From contig NC_068987.1 of NCBI RefSeq assembly GCF_001194135.2, positions 94,513,831 to 94,559,143 of the forward strand: a stretch of DNA of 45,313 nt. Direction: 5' to 3'. Below the pieces are notes generated by a model, which ran no database searches, was not told the DNA's origin, and saw only the letters and a program-made list of their open reading frames with translations. Positions 1 through 12,473 of the stretch are shown one piece after another (position 1 is the first letter of the stretch; the number at the start of each line of letters is the position of its first letter). The DNA comes from Octopus bimaculoides. Its lineage: Eukaryota. The position numbers were made by a program, and so were the translations under genes.

Positions 1-77
1 ATATATAAATGTGTGTATATATATACATGTATATATATACTTATGTATGTATACATATATAAATGTATGTTTGTGTA

Positions 78-129
<52 letters not shown>

Positions 130-156
130 TATATATGTGTATGTGTGTGTATATAT
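1..156. repeat. (TA)n/(TG)n compound microsatellite
   Basis: Direct reading. It produces the spurious YI/CV-repeat ORFs in the track. Confidence 0.95.
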
Positions 157-425
157 ATTGAAGAAATTGGAGTCTACAAGAGGGGGTATGTATGGACATG
201 TAATTTTTAATCACTACAATTGTTTCGACACAATGTAGTTCATTATTTACATTATACAACAGTGCAACATAGTTCTCCATATGTTTGTGTATACACAACT
301 AGATCTCATAATGGAGGGAAACAGTTGCTTAACCAAGTACCCCAGCAACTGCATCGAAACAATTGTAGTGATTAAAAAATAAATGTCCAGTCGTACCTAT
401 TCTTGTTGACTCCAATTTCTTCAAT
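157..425. mobile_element. Non-autonomous DNA transposon (MITE) with 72-bp terminal inverted repeats
   Basis: 157-228 matches the reverse complement of 354-425 at 63/72 positions without gaps (attgaagaaattggagtc...aatcactacaattgtttcga). Termini lie in a TA-rich context. No ORF. Confidence 0.75.
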
Positions 426-592
426 TATTCACAAATGACAGGTACCCAAACACAAACCTGGAAGTATGTATAATACTGCTTGCTCCTGGATAGCACAGGG
501 TGAAATCTGAAGGTGGATGAGCTTTATACTCTATTCTGCTACGTTCTTTACAGAATATACCATAACTATATACACGCACCCACATACATACA

Positions 593-628
<36 letters not shown>

Positions 629-872
629 TATAAACATTGGCATTGTCACTTTTACAAACAGCAAGATGGGGCACCACTGCATAGAACCCAAAATTCTCAC
701 ATTGCCCTGAGGTTATAGGACCAGATATATATGTGTATAATATATATGTGTGTGTATATATATTACATGGAAAGTAGACATTAAACGATGATGATGTATA
801 TATAGAGTTATTAATATTTCTAAGTCTCTCTAAAGGAGACTACGACAGCGGTACTGGAAATTAATAGTTATC

Positions 873-1162
<290 letters not shown>

Positions 1163-2084
1163 TTGCAAAGGCGCGTTGACCCATCCTCATTCACACCAGT
1201 GTGCTATTAATGTATGTAACGCGTTGTCTACTCTCGCCAGGCTTCGCTTTATTACGATTGCATCCGTCGATATGAGTTTTGTATCGCCAGCGTTAGAGAT
1301 GTGTTTATCAGTGAAGGTTCATACACTGAGGCGCAGCAACACTGCGACACATGTGTCTGCTGCATGTTATTGCAGGTCATTTTACATCGTATGTTGTTTG
1401 TTAGTACATTTTTATATGGTGGTTTCTAATGTACCTCTGCTTGTTTATATCTAGGTATTGTTGGGTCTGTTTCATACTTGTTCACACCCACACACACCCT
1501 CATACACATGCGTGTGTATGCGTCTTTTTTTTATATGTTTACGTGTATATGTAAGCTTGTGTGTGTGTGTATGTGAGAGAGAGAGAGAGAGAAAGAGGGA
1601 GAGTAACTAAGTAAAGTGCATGTACTTTATAGTGATGTATGTTTTCTTAATTTCATGTTGAATTTTGAGAGGCCTGCTTTGCTGCTTCGAGGCCAGAAAT
1701 GCATCATTTCATTCCTCATCTTTTGCATCTTAAGAATGATATTTACTGATATTCATTGTCGCAGAAATTGTCATCATTTGTAGTGTATGAATTAAGGAGT
1801 CGCTTTGCCAGCATCTCTATATATAAATGTTTAGGTAAAGTTTTACCAACTCACCCCCAAGCTTTATCAGTGTTTATTCTTATGTATGTATGTAAGTATG
1901 TATGCGTGTGTGTGTATTTGTTTATAGGGCAGATCCTGTGCATGTCAACATTCTCCAGCTCTCTCTCAGCACGACCTGGGTGGGGCCCGGACACTCCTCT
2001 CCCTCCGTTAAATTGATTACTGACTAGGCTTGGGATGAATACTGGAGTGGTTTCCCCCCTCCCCTGTTGCCATTTTCAGAATAT

Positions 2085-2152
2085 AGAGATACCGGAATAT
2101 ATAGCGTAAAGCATCTCCGTCGACGTGCTAACGTTTCTGCCACTCCCCCACC
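2085..2152 (-). mobile_element. Decayed head of tRNA-derived SINE family B
   Basis: Reverse complement gtgggggagtggcagaaacgttagcacgtcgacggagatgctt resembles the head of the family-B copy at 33610-33819. Confidence 0.45.
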
Positions 2153-2442
2153 CGCAGAACAACGTGAAACGAACGTTGTAGCTCGAGAACACACGCCCCA
2201 CCNNNNNNNNNNNNNNNNNNNNNNNNNNNNNNNNNNNNNNNNNNNNNNNNNNNNNNNNNNNNNNNNNNNNNNNNNNNNNNNNNNNNNNNNNNNNNNNNNN
2301 NNNNNNNNNNNNCACACACACACACACACACACGCAGAAGAGGCTTCTTTCAACTGGCTGAAGAAAACCAAATATTAGGTTGCATCTCTTGTCAAATTAT
2401 GGCAGGCAGCCTCCTCTGCATTCATTTTTTTTTTTTTATCTC

Positions 2443-2616
2443 AGCTGTAGCGGTTTCCTAGAAAGATCGGTATGTTGTTTCCTGCCGAAGATTGGTTTGG
2501 AGCCCGAACAGCTGAAGAAGACCACCAAGGAGATTGCCATAACAGTTGAGACCAGCTGAAAGTGGTTGTGGTTGACAAGAAACCGCAGCTGGAACCGTTC
2601 CGTAGGTGATGAGTAA
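2443..2616 (+). mobile_element. 3'-terminal fragment of a HERO-like (R2-group, restriction-like endonuclease) non-LTR retrotransposon
   Basis: Translates SCSGFLERSVCCFLPKIGLEPEQLKKTTKEIAITVETS*KWLWLTRNRSW...*. This matches my recollection of the HERO ORF C-terminus (GCRGF...L..LG...K.I...AE..S.WLW..R...W). Internal stop at 2557-2559. A probable 3'UTR follows to ~2740. Confidence 0.65.
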
Positions 2617-3195
2617 TTCAATCCTAAATTCCTCAGTTTGCTGAAGCGTAGAGGCTAAAGAGGCGAAATGTTTGTGACCCTGAGATGTCTGCAGAAGATA
2701 TGAAAGGGTTTCCTAGATTGCATTAACCGAAGGCAAAGCTTAGAATATGTTTATGTAGCCCCTACACTCTGTGTGTGACGTAACGCACCTCTGATGTTTA
2801 TTTCACTGGAGGAGAAACAAGATAGTGTCCTGAATGGTAAGCTTATTTAGGAATTAAGTAAGCGCCTAGTTATGTGATCCGATTCGTTTTATTTCTATTA
2901 TTTTACCTATCATCTTCGATAAAAAACAGTGTGAATTGAATGTCTCTTAATTCCTGACTAGTACGGTTGGTGCCAATGAAGAAAAATGATAAAAAAAAAA
3001 ATATATATATATATATATTTTTAAAATATTAGATACCGTCTGTCAAGAAATAATAGCAAATCAGTCCGACTAGAGTAAATAATTTCTACTGTATTTTTTT
3101 ATCCAGACGGGCTCAATTGACACGTTTATCCTCTATGAATTAATAAATAACTTCCAGATATACAGCAGTCGTCTACTCAATGGCCTAGAAATGCG

Positions 3196-3305
3196 TTGGT
3201 TAGAATTGTTAGAGCGCTTGACAGAGAAAAGTCTTACAGGTTTTCTTTTGTTTCCGTTTCAAGTCTCGGATACTTTCTCAATTGACTTCACTTTTCATCC
3301 TTTCA
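3196..3305 (+). mobile_element. Decayed SINE family B
   Basis: Head-like ttagaattgttagagcgc plus the central motif gacttcacttttcatcctttc (compare 27312-27362 and 25907-25925). Confidence 0.45.
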
Positions 3306-4368
3306 GTTATTGCCAATCAAATAATGATGAACCGATGCAATAGACACTTTTCTCCTTGTACGCCCTTTCAGCCAGCTAGAAATTATCATCATCGCTTTGA
3401 GAATAGCGAACTTCATAGCTTTTTATTTACTGTATATGCAAGTACATACCTTTATTCATAAGTCCCTCTGAATTGGCCTGTAGTGTGTGTGTGTGTTCTA
3501 CAAATGGGTATCTATGACGTGACCTGCACTTTTAATTTCCCGAAACATACACAAACATCAAACACTGCACAAGACAAGATAAAATATCAATAATTGTCGA
3601 AATACATTACTGCCTGTATGTCTTCTGCACCAAAGTGTTACCATTTTTTTCTGGCAGGATTCCACAAATTGTTGAATGAAATCAAAAATATTTATCCCTA
3701 TCCACCTCTAAGATCTTCACTATTTCCAATGTAACCAGAGAGAGAGAGAGAGAGAGACAGACACAGAGAGACTCTTTTAACGGAACAAAAATGTCAACAT
3801 CGATCATGAAATAATCGTTATTACTCAATTTTGCCTCAGAGAATTATTTTTGCATGGCGTACAATCTCAAGAACAGGTAACCAGGTTACACGCACGCACA
3901 CACTTACACACGCGTGCACACACTCACACAGATCACATACTTCACGCACTCATAAATGTGTGTGTAAAATAAGGTGTGTACTGAAGGGAGAGAGAGAGAG
4001 AGAGAGAGAGAGAAACAGAAATACGTTATATGCACACAAACATATAGAATCTTGTTTAGTCTCATACGTACATAACATGCATAATCGTTGCGTATGTATG
4101 ATGCGTATTATATAAGATAACTATTTCTGTTACTGCATGTGTACTATAAAATCGTACTCGACATCGTTTTAAGTTTACTTGTCTCTGATTTGACGGGGTT
4201 TATTGAGATTACGTTTTGTGCAATGAATCTTCCTATTGCCAACCTTTTAGTTGCTTCTTAATACACAGGGATTAGCCGGCCTTATTCGTTTAAAACACCG
4301 GATATATACGTGTATGTATGCGTATTTACATAAATTATACATACATATGTATATAGAAATATTATATA

Positions 4369-4409
<41 letters not shown>

Positions 4410-4773
4410 GTAAGCATATATATTTACATATGTATGCATAGAGGCATGTGTATATATATGCAAATATATATGTTTATCTATATGGAGACACACACACAAA
4501 CACGTATATTTTGGAGTAAATATGATCGTGATGTCAGAGAAATGTAGTTCGGGAGCGTGTAGGTCGTTTTCAGTCTTCTAGCCCTTGCGCAGAAGCACTC
4601 CATAGTTTCATACGCAACAGGAGCTCATATTCTATCCAAGATATTTAGGGAGACATGTCGTACTAAAATAGCGTTCGACCTAGGTTGGGAATCTTGTGGC
4701 TACTGACCTGTGTTGTGTTGGAGGATAGTGACACCCTCTTCAGTGTAAATCGAAAGAAAGAATAATGGAATCA

Positions 4774-4980
4774 ACAGAAGAATGTAAGACCGGCTGCCCT
4801 TAGGAATTCCTGTACGCTGGAGACTTAGTTCATACAGCAGAATTAGTGGAAGAATTGAAGCTAAAATTCTAGATATGGAAGCGAAAACAAACGTTTTATA
4901 GATTAGAAAGAAAGACTGAACTCTTACAGCAAAGGAGAAACGGTTGTGTTTCGCTAATAGAAAAGGAGTTGGTAGGAAGC
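4774..4980 (+). pseudogene. RTE-clade LINE reverse transcriptase fragment
   Basis: TEECKTGCP*EFLYAGDLVHTAELVEELKLKF*IWK corresponds to RTE 'TEEFRTGCPWELLYADDL...EEL..KF..WK'. After a frameshift comes RKGVGRK (RTE 'CRKGVGRNS'). Stops and a mutated YADD show it is inactive. Confidence 0.75.
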
Positions 4981-5492
4981 TATGTTAATATATGCCGTCC
5001 TCTCATTTGGTTTATAGGTATCTGTGTCTTGGTTTAATGTCACAACCAGGAAATCTAACTACTTTCAAGCTGATCCTTATGACATTGAGTCTAAAGAAAT
5101 TATGTGTATGAGTTAGGTTTTTCCTGAGCCTGATCTAGTATGGTAGTTCATCCCTCTTCGTAATACACAGACACCAAAACTGGTTGAGAGGAATTTCTTA
5201 TTAAGTATATGTAGAATTAAAAAGGCTCGTAAGATCACATATATTAATGCTGCCAAAAACTGTCATTGCTACGTCGGAGTCTTTCACTTGTAGAGGATGT
5301 GGAATAATTCGTTGTAGAGTATTGAAGATCAACATTCGACATTCGAGCTGATGTATGTAACCATGTAAGCCTTTTCATTCTACAAACGCTAAGTAAGAAT
5401 TATGTGTTTTTGTGTATAAATATATGTATGAACACACAGATACATGTACACGGAACGTTTGTGTATGCAAATATCTATGTATACGTATGGAG

Positions 5493-5588
<96 letters not shown>

Positions 5589-6447
5589 GTATGAATGTAT
5601 GTGTGTGAAAAATCCTTGATAAAAGATAAAACTTGAGGAGTTGTTATTTGAATAAGACATATAAGAAAAGCTCTTCACGTGTATATGCATATTCACGCAC
5701 CCTTACATATACGCTTGCACATGGAAGAGGAAAGTACATCGAGGACAGCGTGTGTGAGTGAGTAAGACACAGGGAGAGATAGAGAGAGAGAGGGAGAGAG
5801 AAGGGGAGGGCACAAACTGCGATGGAGGATAAAAACTATTCGGGGTAGTTAGGGAAAAAAAAATACGTGAATGCCAAGACTGTAGTAGCAGTATTGAAGT
5901 CTTCGCCCATTCTTGTATTCACCAAATAAAATCGATAGATCGATTGAATTCGTTATTAATGTTTTTTAACTGCCGTCCTTCACTCTTTTTGCTCTTTCTC
6001 TTTCCCTTTTACTGCATTCGAGAATGAAATACACACACACACATACACACACACACATATATATATATAGGATGCAGTAAATACGAAATAGAAGCACGAC
6101 GAAGAGCGAAGGGCAACGGATAAAAACCGATTAATAACTCAATCGATCTATTGATATCATTTGGTGAACACATGAATTGACGGAGACATCAATACTGCTG
6201 CTTCTGTCTTGCCATTCATCTGTTTTCGTGACTACTTCAAATGGGTTTTCCCTCTATATTTGTGGTATAAATTCTTCTCTGTGTCCACACACACACACAC
6301 ACACACACATGTATGCAAGTATCTACATATGTACATATATGTATATGAATGTACATATATGTATATGAATGTACATATGTATGTATATATCAGAGTATAT
6401 AGATAGCTAGATAGATGCGAGAGAGAGAGAGAGAGTGTGTGTGTGTA

Positions 6448-6490
<43 letters not shown>

Positions 6491-6756
6491 CTGCTCGCAT
6501 AAAAGCCAAACGGTGAAAAGAGCCTACATGATTTGAACTAGTTATAACAACACAGACACCAAAATCCATTTCAGTTCCTGAAAATGAGACTGTGAAGTTC
6601 TAAAAACATCGAATATGAATTTTAGAAATTTATTGTTCTAGAGAAGCAATAAAGTATAGAAAAAAAAGTAAAATCTGACAAAATATAAAGATCAAAAATA
6701 TAAAGAATTTATTTGAACATAATTGTGTAATAATAAAACTTGTGCATGCATCTTTA

Positions 6757-6835
<79 letters not shown>

Positions 6836-6990
6836 GGAATTTACGAAAAAAACAAAAGACGAAGATAGGTGTATAAACAACAAACAGGTGAATGTGAGAA
6901 AGTCTTTTACGTTTCGAGCCTACGCTCTTCAACAGAAAGGAACACGAGAAAATAAACACGGAGAGAATAAAACACACACACACACACATA

Positions 6991-7519
6991 TTATTTTATC
7001 AGTTTTAGCTCAAAGCTGTGGCCATGCTGGGGTACCACCGTTTTGCTACACTGTTATTATTGAGAGCTTCTTCTGATATGTAGCATTTGAGGGATAAGGG
7101 AGTTTGATGTCGCTACACTTATTCACACCTCTTGCCGCGAGGTAGGTTCATCTGGGACTCTAGACGGGAAGAGATCCGGTATTTGATTTGAAAACACTTA
7201 CATCCACTTTGTGTAGGTCCCTCAGGCTCTTTGGAAGAATATTAAAACGCTGTTCGCCCCTGAAACCCAGGCTGTCGCAGTAACTGGTCCTGAAGAGCGA
7301 CGGCATTGCTGGGATCTTTGGCACTGTGCAGTGGCGACCTGTTCTAGCATTTGTGTAGCTTTCAATGCCAAAATTTGGCACAATCCCTTCTAGTATCTTC
7401 CAGGTGTATATTACTGCATATCTCTCCCGCCTTCGCTCCAGGGAGTAGAGTCTTAGCTCCTTCAGCCTTTCCCAGTAGCTGAGCTGTTGCAATGTGACGA
7501 TCTTGTAAAATCTCAACAT
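6991..7519 (-). mobile_element. 5'-truncated CR1-like (CR1/L2 group) LINE: ORF2 C-terminus plus 3' tail
   Basis: ORF 7160-7519 reads LSYWERLKELRLYSLERRRERYAVIYTWKILEG...FNILPKSLRDL...VFKS. After a frameshift: DLFPSRVPDEP...SNSL. The element ends in the tail ggtggtaccccagcatggccacag...ataaaataa. Confidence 0.85.
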
Positions 7520-7740
7520 GACATCAGAGTAGTAACTATATTAAAAAGTAAAATTAGTCGCCACATCAAAGTGGCTGTTTTATATTACTACTAGTTTAAC
7601 CCCAGGCAGATTTTCCGTCGGCTGGTTATCGGTACGACGTTGCATCCTCTATATACAATATATATTGTCAGCAGGGGGAGCGAACCCCTACCCCTCTCTA
7701 GCATGTAACAGGGTCGCGAGACTGACTCAATCTCGAGCTA

Positions 7741-8570
7741 TTTGGTAGACGGAAGCCGAAAGAAGCCCATCGTGTGTATATATATATATATATATATATA
7801 CATATATATANNNNNNNNNNNNNNNNNNNNNNNNNNNNNNNNNNNNNNNNNNNNNNNNNNNNNNNNNNNNNNNNNNNNNNNNNNNNNNNNNNNNNNNNNN
7901 NNNNNNNNNNNNNNNNNNNNNNNNNNNNNNNNNNNNNNNNNNNNNNNNNNNNNNNNNNNNNNNNNNNNNNNNNNNNNNNNNNNNNNNNNNNNNNNNNNNN
8001 NNNNNNNNNNNNNNNNNNNNNNNNNNNNNNNNNNNNNNNNNNNNNNNNNNNNNNNNNNNNNNNNNNNNNNNNNNNNNNNNNNNNNNNNNNNNNNNNNNNN
8101 NNNNNNNNNNNNNNNNNNNNNNNNNNNNNNNNNNNNNNNNNNNNNNNNNNNNNNNNNNNNNNNNNNNNNNNNNNNNNNNNNNNNNNNNNNNNNNNNNNNN
8201 NNNNNNNNNNNNNNNNNNNNNNNNNNNNNNNNNNNNNNNNNNNNNNNNNNNNNNNNNNNNNNNNNNNNNNNNNNNNNNNNNNNNNNNNNNNNNNNNNNNN
8301 NNNNNNNNNNNNNNNNNNNNNNNNNNNNNNNNNNNNNNNNNNNNNNNNNNNNNNNNNNNNNNNNNNNNNNNNNNNNNNNNNNNNNNNNNNNNNNNNNNNN
8401 NNNNNNNNNNNNNNNNNNNNNNNNNNNNNNNNNNNNNNNNNNNNNNNNNNNNNNNNNNNNNNNNNNNNNNNNNNNNNNNNNNNNNNNNNNNNNNNNNNNN
8501 NNNNNNNNNNNNNNNNNNNNNNNNNNNNNNNNNNNNNNNNNNNNNNNNNNNNNNNNNNNNNNNNNNNNNN

Positions 8571-8631
<61 letters not shown>

Positions 8632-8768
8632 CATGTGTGTGTGTATTTGTGTCTATGCTTGTCCTCCCACCATCACTTGTCAACCGATGTTGGTGTATAA
8701 AATATATAGCGGTTCGGCAAAAGATACCGGTAAAATAAATGCTACGCTTACAAAGAATAAGTCCTGGA
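7741..8768 (+). mobile_element. SINE family A (5'-truncated) spanning an N-gap in its internal microsatellite
   Basis: tttggtagacggaagccgaaagaagcccatcg lies before the gap. After it, gtcctcccaccatcacttgtcaaccgatgttggtgt...cggttcggcaaaagataccg...acaaagaataagtcctgg is colinear with the copy at 34846-35227. Confidence 0.7.
7811..8570. other. Assembly gap (N run); other gaps at ~2203-2312, 9456-9564, ~10567-10575, 12831-12915, 15640-16340, 19436-19973, 32326-32463, 44143-44235
   Basis: Runs of n. The long 'ORFs' in the track that cross them are artefacts. Confidence 0.99.
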
Positions 8769-9595
8769 ACAAATAAAAGTATATACATACATGCATACAT
8801 ATATATATATATATATATATAAAACAAATAATAAATGAGTATATGCATATATACGTACAAGTATGTGCATACCTACATCTACCTGCATATATAGGTGCAT
8901 ATCTGGGTACAGAACGTTGCAAACAAAACGTAGACAAAAAAAAATAATAATAACCAGAGTACAGAAAACATATATATATATATATATTCTCTATCTAAAT
9001 TAAAGGTTTTTCGAATAATGCCAAATGTTATGCTCTTTATTATTTTTATTTTAATCTATGAATATATATACGCATGTAAGTGTATGCGCGCACATATATT
9101 CCTTGTATATACGTGCATATATATGTATATACACGTGTATGTATATGTATTTATGTACAATTCTTGGCATATTTCATTGACAAAGGTAAAGTATTTTTAT
9201 ACAGAACCAGAAACCCAGAGTCTGGAATTATCCAATCTTTACCAGTTTATTTATCTAATTGTCTTTTCACCTTGTGCTGTATTGAACACTTGATGTGGAT
9301 TTTAGTCAGGTTTTGACTGCTATTTCAAGCATGGTGGTATCTCTTAGATACCCTTATTTTTTAATTTTAATAATAATTATAACCTATAAGGTTTTTCTGC
9401 CCATGCTGCCACTTGATTTGATCGTTATTTAAAATAACGATCTTATCCTTATATANNNNNNNNNNNNNNNNNNNNNNNNNNNNNNNNNNNNNNNNNNNNN
9501 NNNNNNNNNNNNNNNNNNNNNNNNNNNNNNNNNNNNNNNNNNNNNNNNNNNNNNNNNNNNNNNNACACATACAATTTGCTGTGTATAATAAATAT

Positions 9596-9635
9596 ATGGC
9601 CGCAGTCAAATGACTGAAACAAGTAAAAGAATAAA
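9596..9635 (+). mobile_element. Isolated 3' tail of SINE family A
   Basis: atggccgcagtcaaatgactgaaacaagtaaaagaataaa matches the family-A tail. Confidence 0.65.
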
Positions 9636-10533
9636 CGAATATGTGTGAGAATGATGAGATTCCGGAGTTAAGAGTAATATTTTCCTACCTTTCGGCCTTT
9701 TCTTTTATTTTTAAACATGTTCGTTTTGAAAGCAGGGGAAAAAGGGCCAATATATTTTGTTGAGTTTGTGCATCTTATTATTTTTGAAGCTATGTATAAG
9801 TTTCGTTGATAAACACTTTCCAAACTTGATTTCTCACAAGACTCGGTTTATCCCAAAGTAACTTTTGTGTAACAGTAGTTTAAGCTAGGAATTTTATTCT
9901 TGCAATATCCTTACATACAAAAATACATATAATTTCCGATGAAAATCTTAACGTCATTGTGAAATCAGTGCCAACAAAAGAAGTCGCCTCTACTTGTTTC
10001 GTCCGATTTGCATCAATAATCTTTTGGCGAACGTCATACAGTGACTGGTCCATTGAAAACCTATAACAAACAACGCTAATTATCGCATACTTCTGTGTTA
10101 AAGAAGTAATCAATTTTAATCAATTTAGGCTGAGTAGAAAGCGAATGGTCAAAGTACCGCGCAGAGGGATCGAATTCGAAACAACGTACTTCCAGTATGA
10201 ATAAACTACCCGTGTGTGTGTGTGTGTAGATGCGTTATACAGGATAGAAGTGCTCCAGGTAGAAACTACCCATTGCTTGGGACCAGTAAAATGGTAATAG
10301 ACACACATGTACACTTAGGCATACTTCTAACCGTAATTTAATGTATTCCTCTTACAGGTAACACGATTAACATTTTTGACAGCGTTCAACAAGATTCAGC
10401 GCGTGCCAGAGAATAGGTGTGTGCGTGAGAGAGAGAGAGAGAAAGAATATTAAAGTATCTACATTGTCTAAGAAATAAATGCTTACATAATGCATATAAA
10501 TGCCTAAACCTACTATCTCTCTCTTACTGTATT

Positions 10534-10565
<32 letters not shown>

Positions 10566-10575
10566 NNNNNNNNNN

Positions 10576-10620
<45 letters not shown>

Positions 10621-10856
10621 ATGTATAAGTATATAACTCAGAAAGGCGCACTCCACATCATGCATACGCCTCAGATCTCCTGCATATGTGTAGTCATACA
10701 TGTGTGTGTGTGCCTGTGTATGTGTGTACATACATAATGTGTATGTGTGTGTGTGTGTGTGTGTTCATATGCATGTATGGAATCATGCCGTGTGGCATAG
10801 TTCCTTTTTACGTATATCTGATATTCTCTGGCATATTTTCAGTCGGGAATAGACAT

Positions 10857-10895
<39 letters not shown>

Positions 10896-11614
10896 CAGAC
10901 ACACACGCACAAACGTATGCGCCCACACACTCACTAACACACAGAAAAATGTTTATGACCATAAATTGTGGTATTTAACAGCAATTGTATGTCGACTTGT
11001 AGATGTTTTATCGGTTTCTAATTTATTACCTTGCACGTAAATGTGAAATGAGATTAAAGTAAGAAATTATGAATCGTATACTCCTTTTCTTACAAGGAAC
11101 CTTTTATAGGATTTACTCGTCTTGCTAAGTAAGCAGCGAAATCTCCTTCAAAACACAACTTGACAACTTAAAAATAAAAATGGGAACAATATATAATGCT
11201 TTCTGGCTACATTTTCCAAGAAAAATGACGTGTTGGTCACGGCTTGAATGTCTTTTGTCATAGGCTTGCTCGATCGTTTTCACCTGGGGCTAAAGAGCAA
11301 TACATGCGTCACCAACGTGTAGTTATCACAAGAAATTGTTTTCTTCTGCATCAATCACACACTTGGAGAAAGAAAAGCGAGTAGGGATTGATATTTGTTT
11401 ATTACATGTATTTGTATCGTAAATGGTAAATCGGTTGACCCTTTCGCGAAGAGAAATTCTTTAAACAGGCAGTCACATTTTATATTGACTTCGGAGGGTT
11501 CAGTGAGAAGGTAGGAGTTTGTTAATGTTTTTATATAGAGCAACTTATGACTCACTCAACACTATGCAGCTTCCTATTACATGCTCTCTCTCTCTCTCTC
11601 TCTCCCTCTCTCTC

Positions 11615-11659
<45 letters not shown>

Positions 11660-12022
11660 TAAATCTGCACGTGCGCATCTATGTATGTAAAATAATGGCT
11701 TCCAATGATGAAAATGTGTGTTCTAGACATTTTTTTCTCTTTCATTCCTTCTATCGGTCGTTCGTTCCTTCGTTCTTAATACTCGACGGGCAAAGGAAAT
11801 CTTTGATGTATTTTCCACCAATGTTCTAATGTTTTTAATCTGTACATTATTGGCTTCATATACAGCGCCTGTCTTCAAGTTGGCATCCTGTGCTTGTTTA
11901 ATAATGACCAGAAATAATGTGGATCGGATTATTGCATTTCCACAATACTTGCACAATACGCAATGAATTGAGATCTCATGGATCTGCATGCTTATAATTG
12001 TTAAAGTCTCTCTCTCTCTTTT

Positions 12023-12095
<73 letters not shown>

Positions 12096-12310
12096 TCCTC
12101 TCTCTTTCTCTCTCTGCGTGCGCGCGTGTTTAGGTTAGATCTATTATATATTTGCTAATTGCTTTTTTATGGCTATTTGAATGTAAGCTACTTTTGTGAA
12201 TTCGCAAAAGGTAAAACCGTATGCTTACGTGTTTACGTGAATTGTTATTTTATTTGTATGTGTTTTGATATAAATACACACATTTTAATGAAGTGAATGG
12301 ATGTTCTAAT

Positions 12311-12390
12311 AGCTGTGTGCTTGAGAAGTTCGCTTCGCGATAGCGTGTTTTCGAGCTCCATTCCACTGTGCAGTATTTTGAGGAAAGTGA
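12311..12390 (+). mobile_element. Highly decayed head of SINE family A
   Basis: agctgtgtgcttgagaagttcgcttcgc...tccattccactgtgcagtattttgaggaaagtg aligns with the family-A head and CORE-like start. Confidence 0.45.
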
Positions 12391-12438
12391 GTGAAATTTA
12401 GTTCACTGTAATATTACGTACACCTTGGTCTCATATGA

Positions 12439-12473
<35 letters not shown>

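Noticed and set aside
3658-3876. Two phase-compatible mini-exons (3658-3730, 3840-3876): FHKLLNEIKNIYPYPPLRSSLFP / ELFLHGVQSQEQ
   Set aside because: Weak first donor, no homology, and all frames of the second are trivially open; consistent with chance.
6576-6612. cctgaaaatgagac...aaaaacatcg, reminiscent of a Penelope hammerhead
   Set aside because: Too many core mismatches to support.
7727-8860. Long ORFs (250-377 aa) at 7727-8860, 15481-16492, 19394-20059 and 32296-32809
   Set aside because: They are open only because they run through N-gaps and dinucleotide repeats.
9420-9442. 11-bp-arm inverted repeat gatcgttattt-a-aaataacgatc beside a gap
   Set aside because: Short and AT-rich with no context suggesting function.
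9880-10062. Minus-strand frame FSMDQSLYDVRQKIIDANRTKQVEATSFVGTDF after an acceptor-like tatAG
   Set aside because: No recognisable homology, ambiguous donor, and no partner exon identified.
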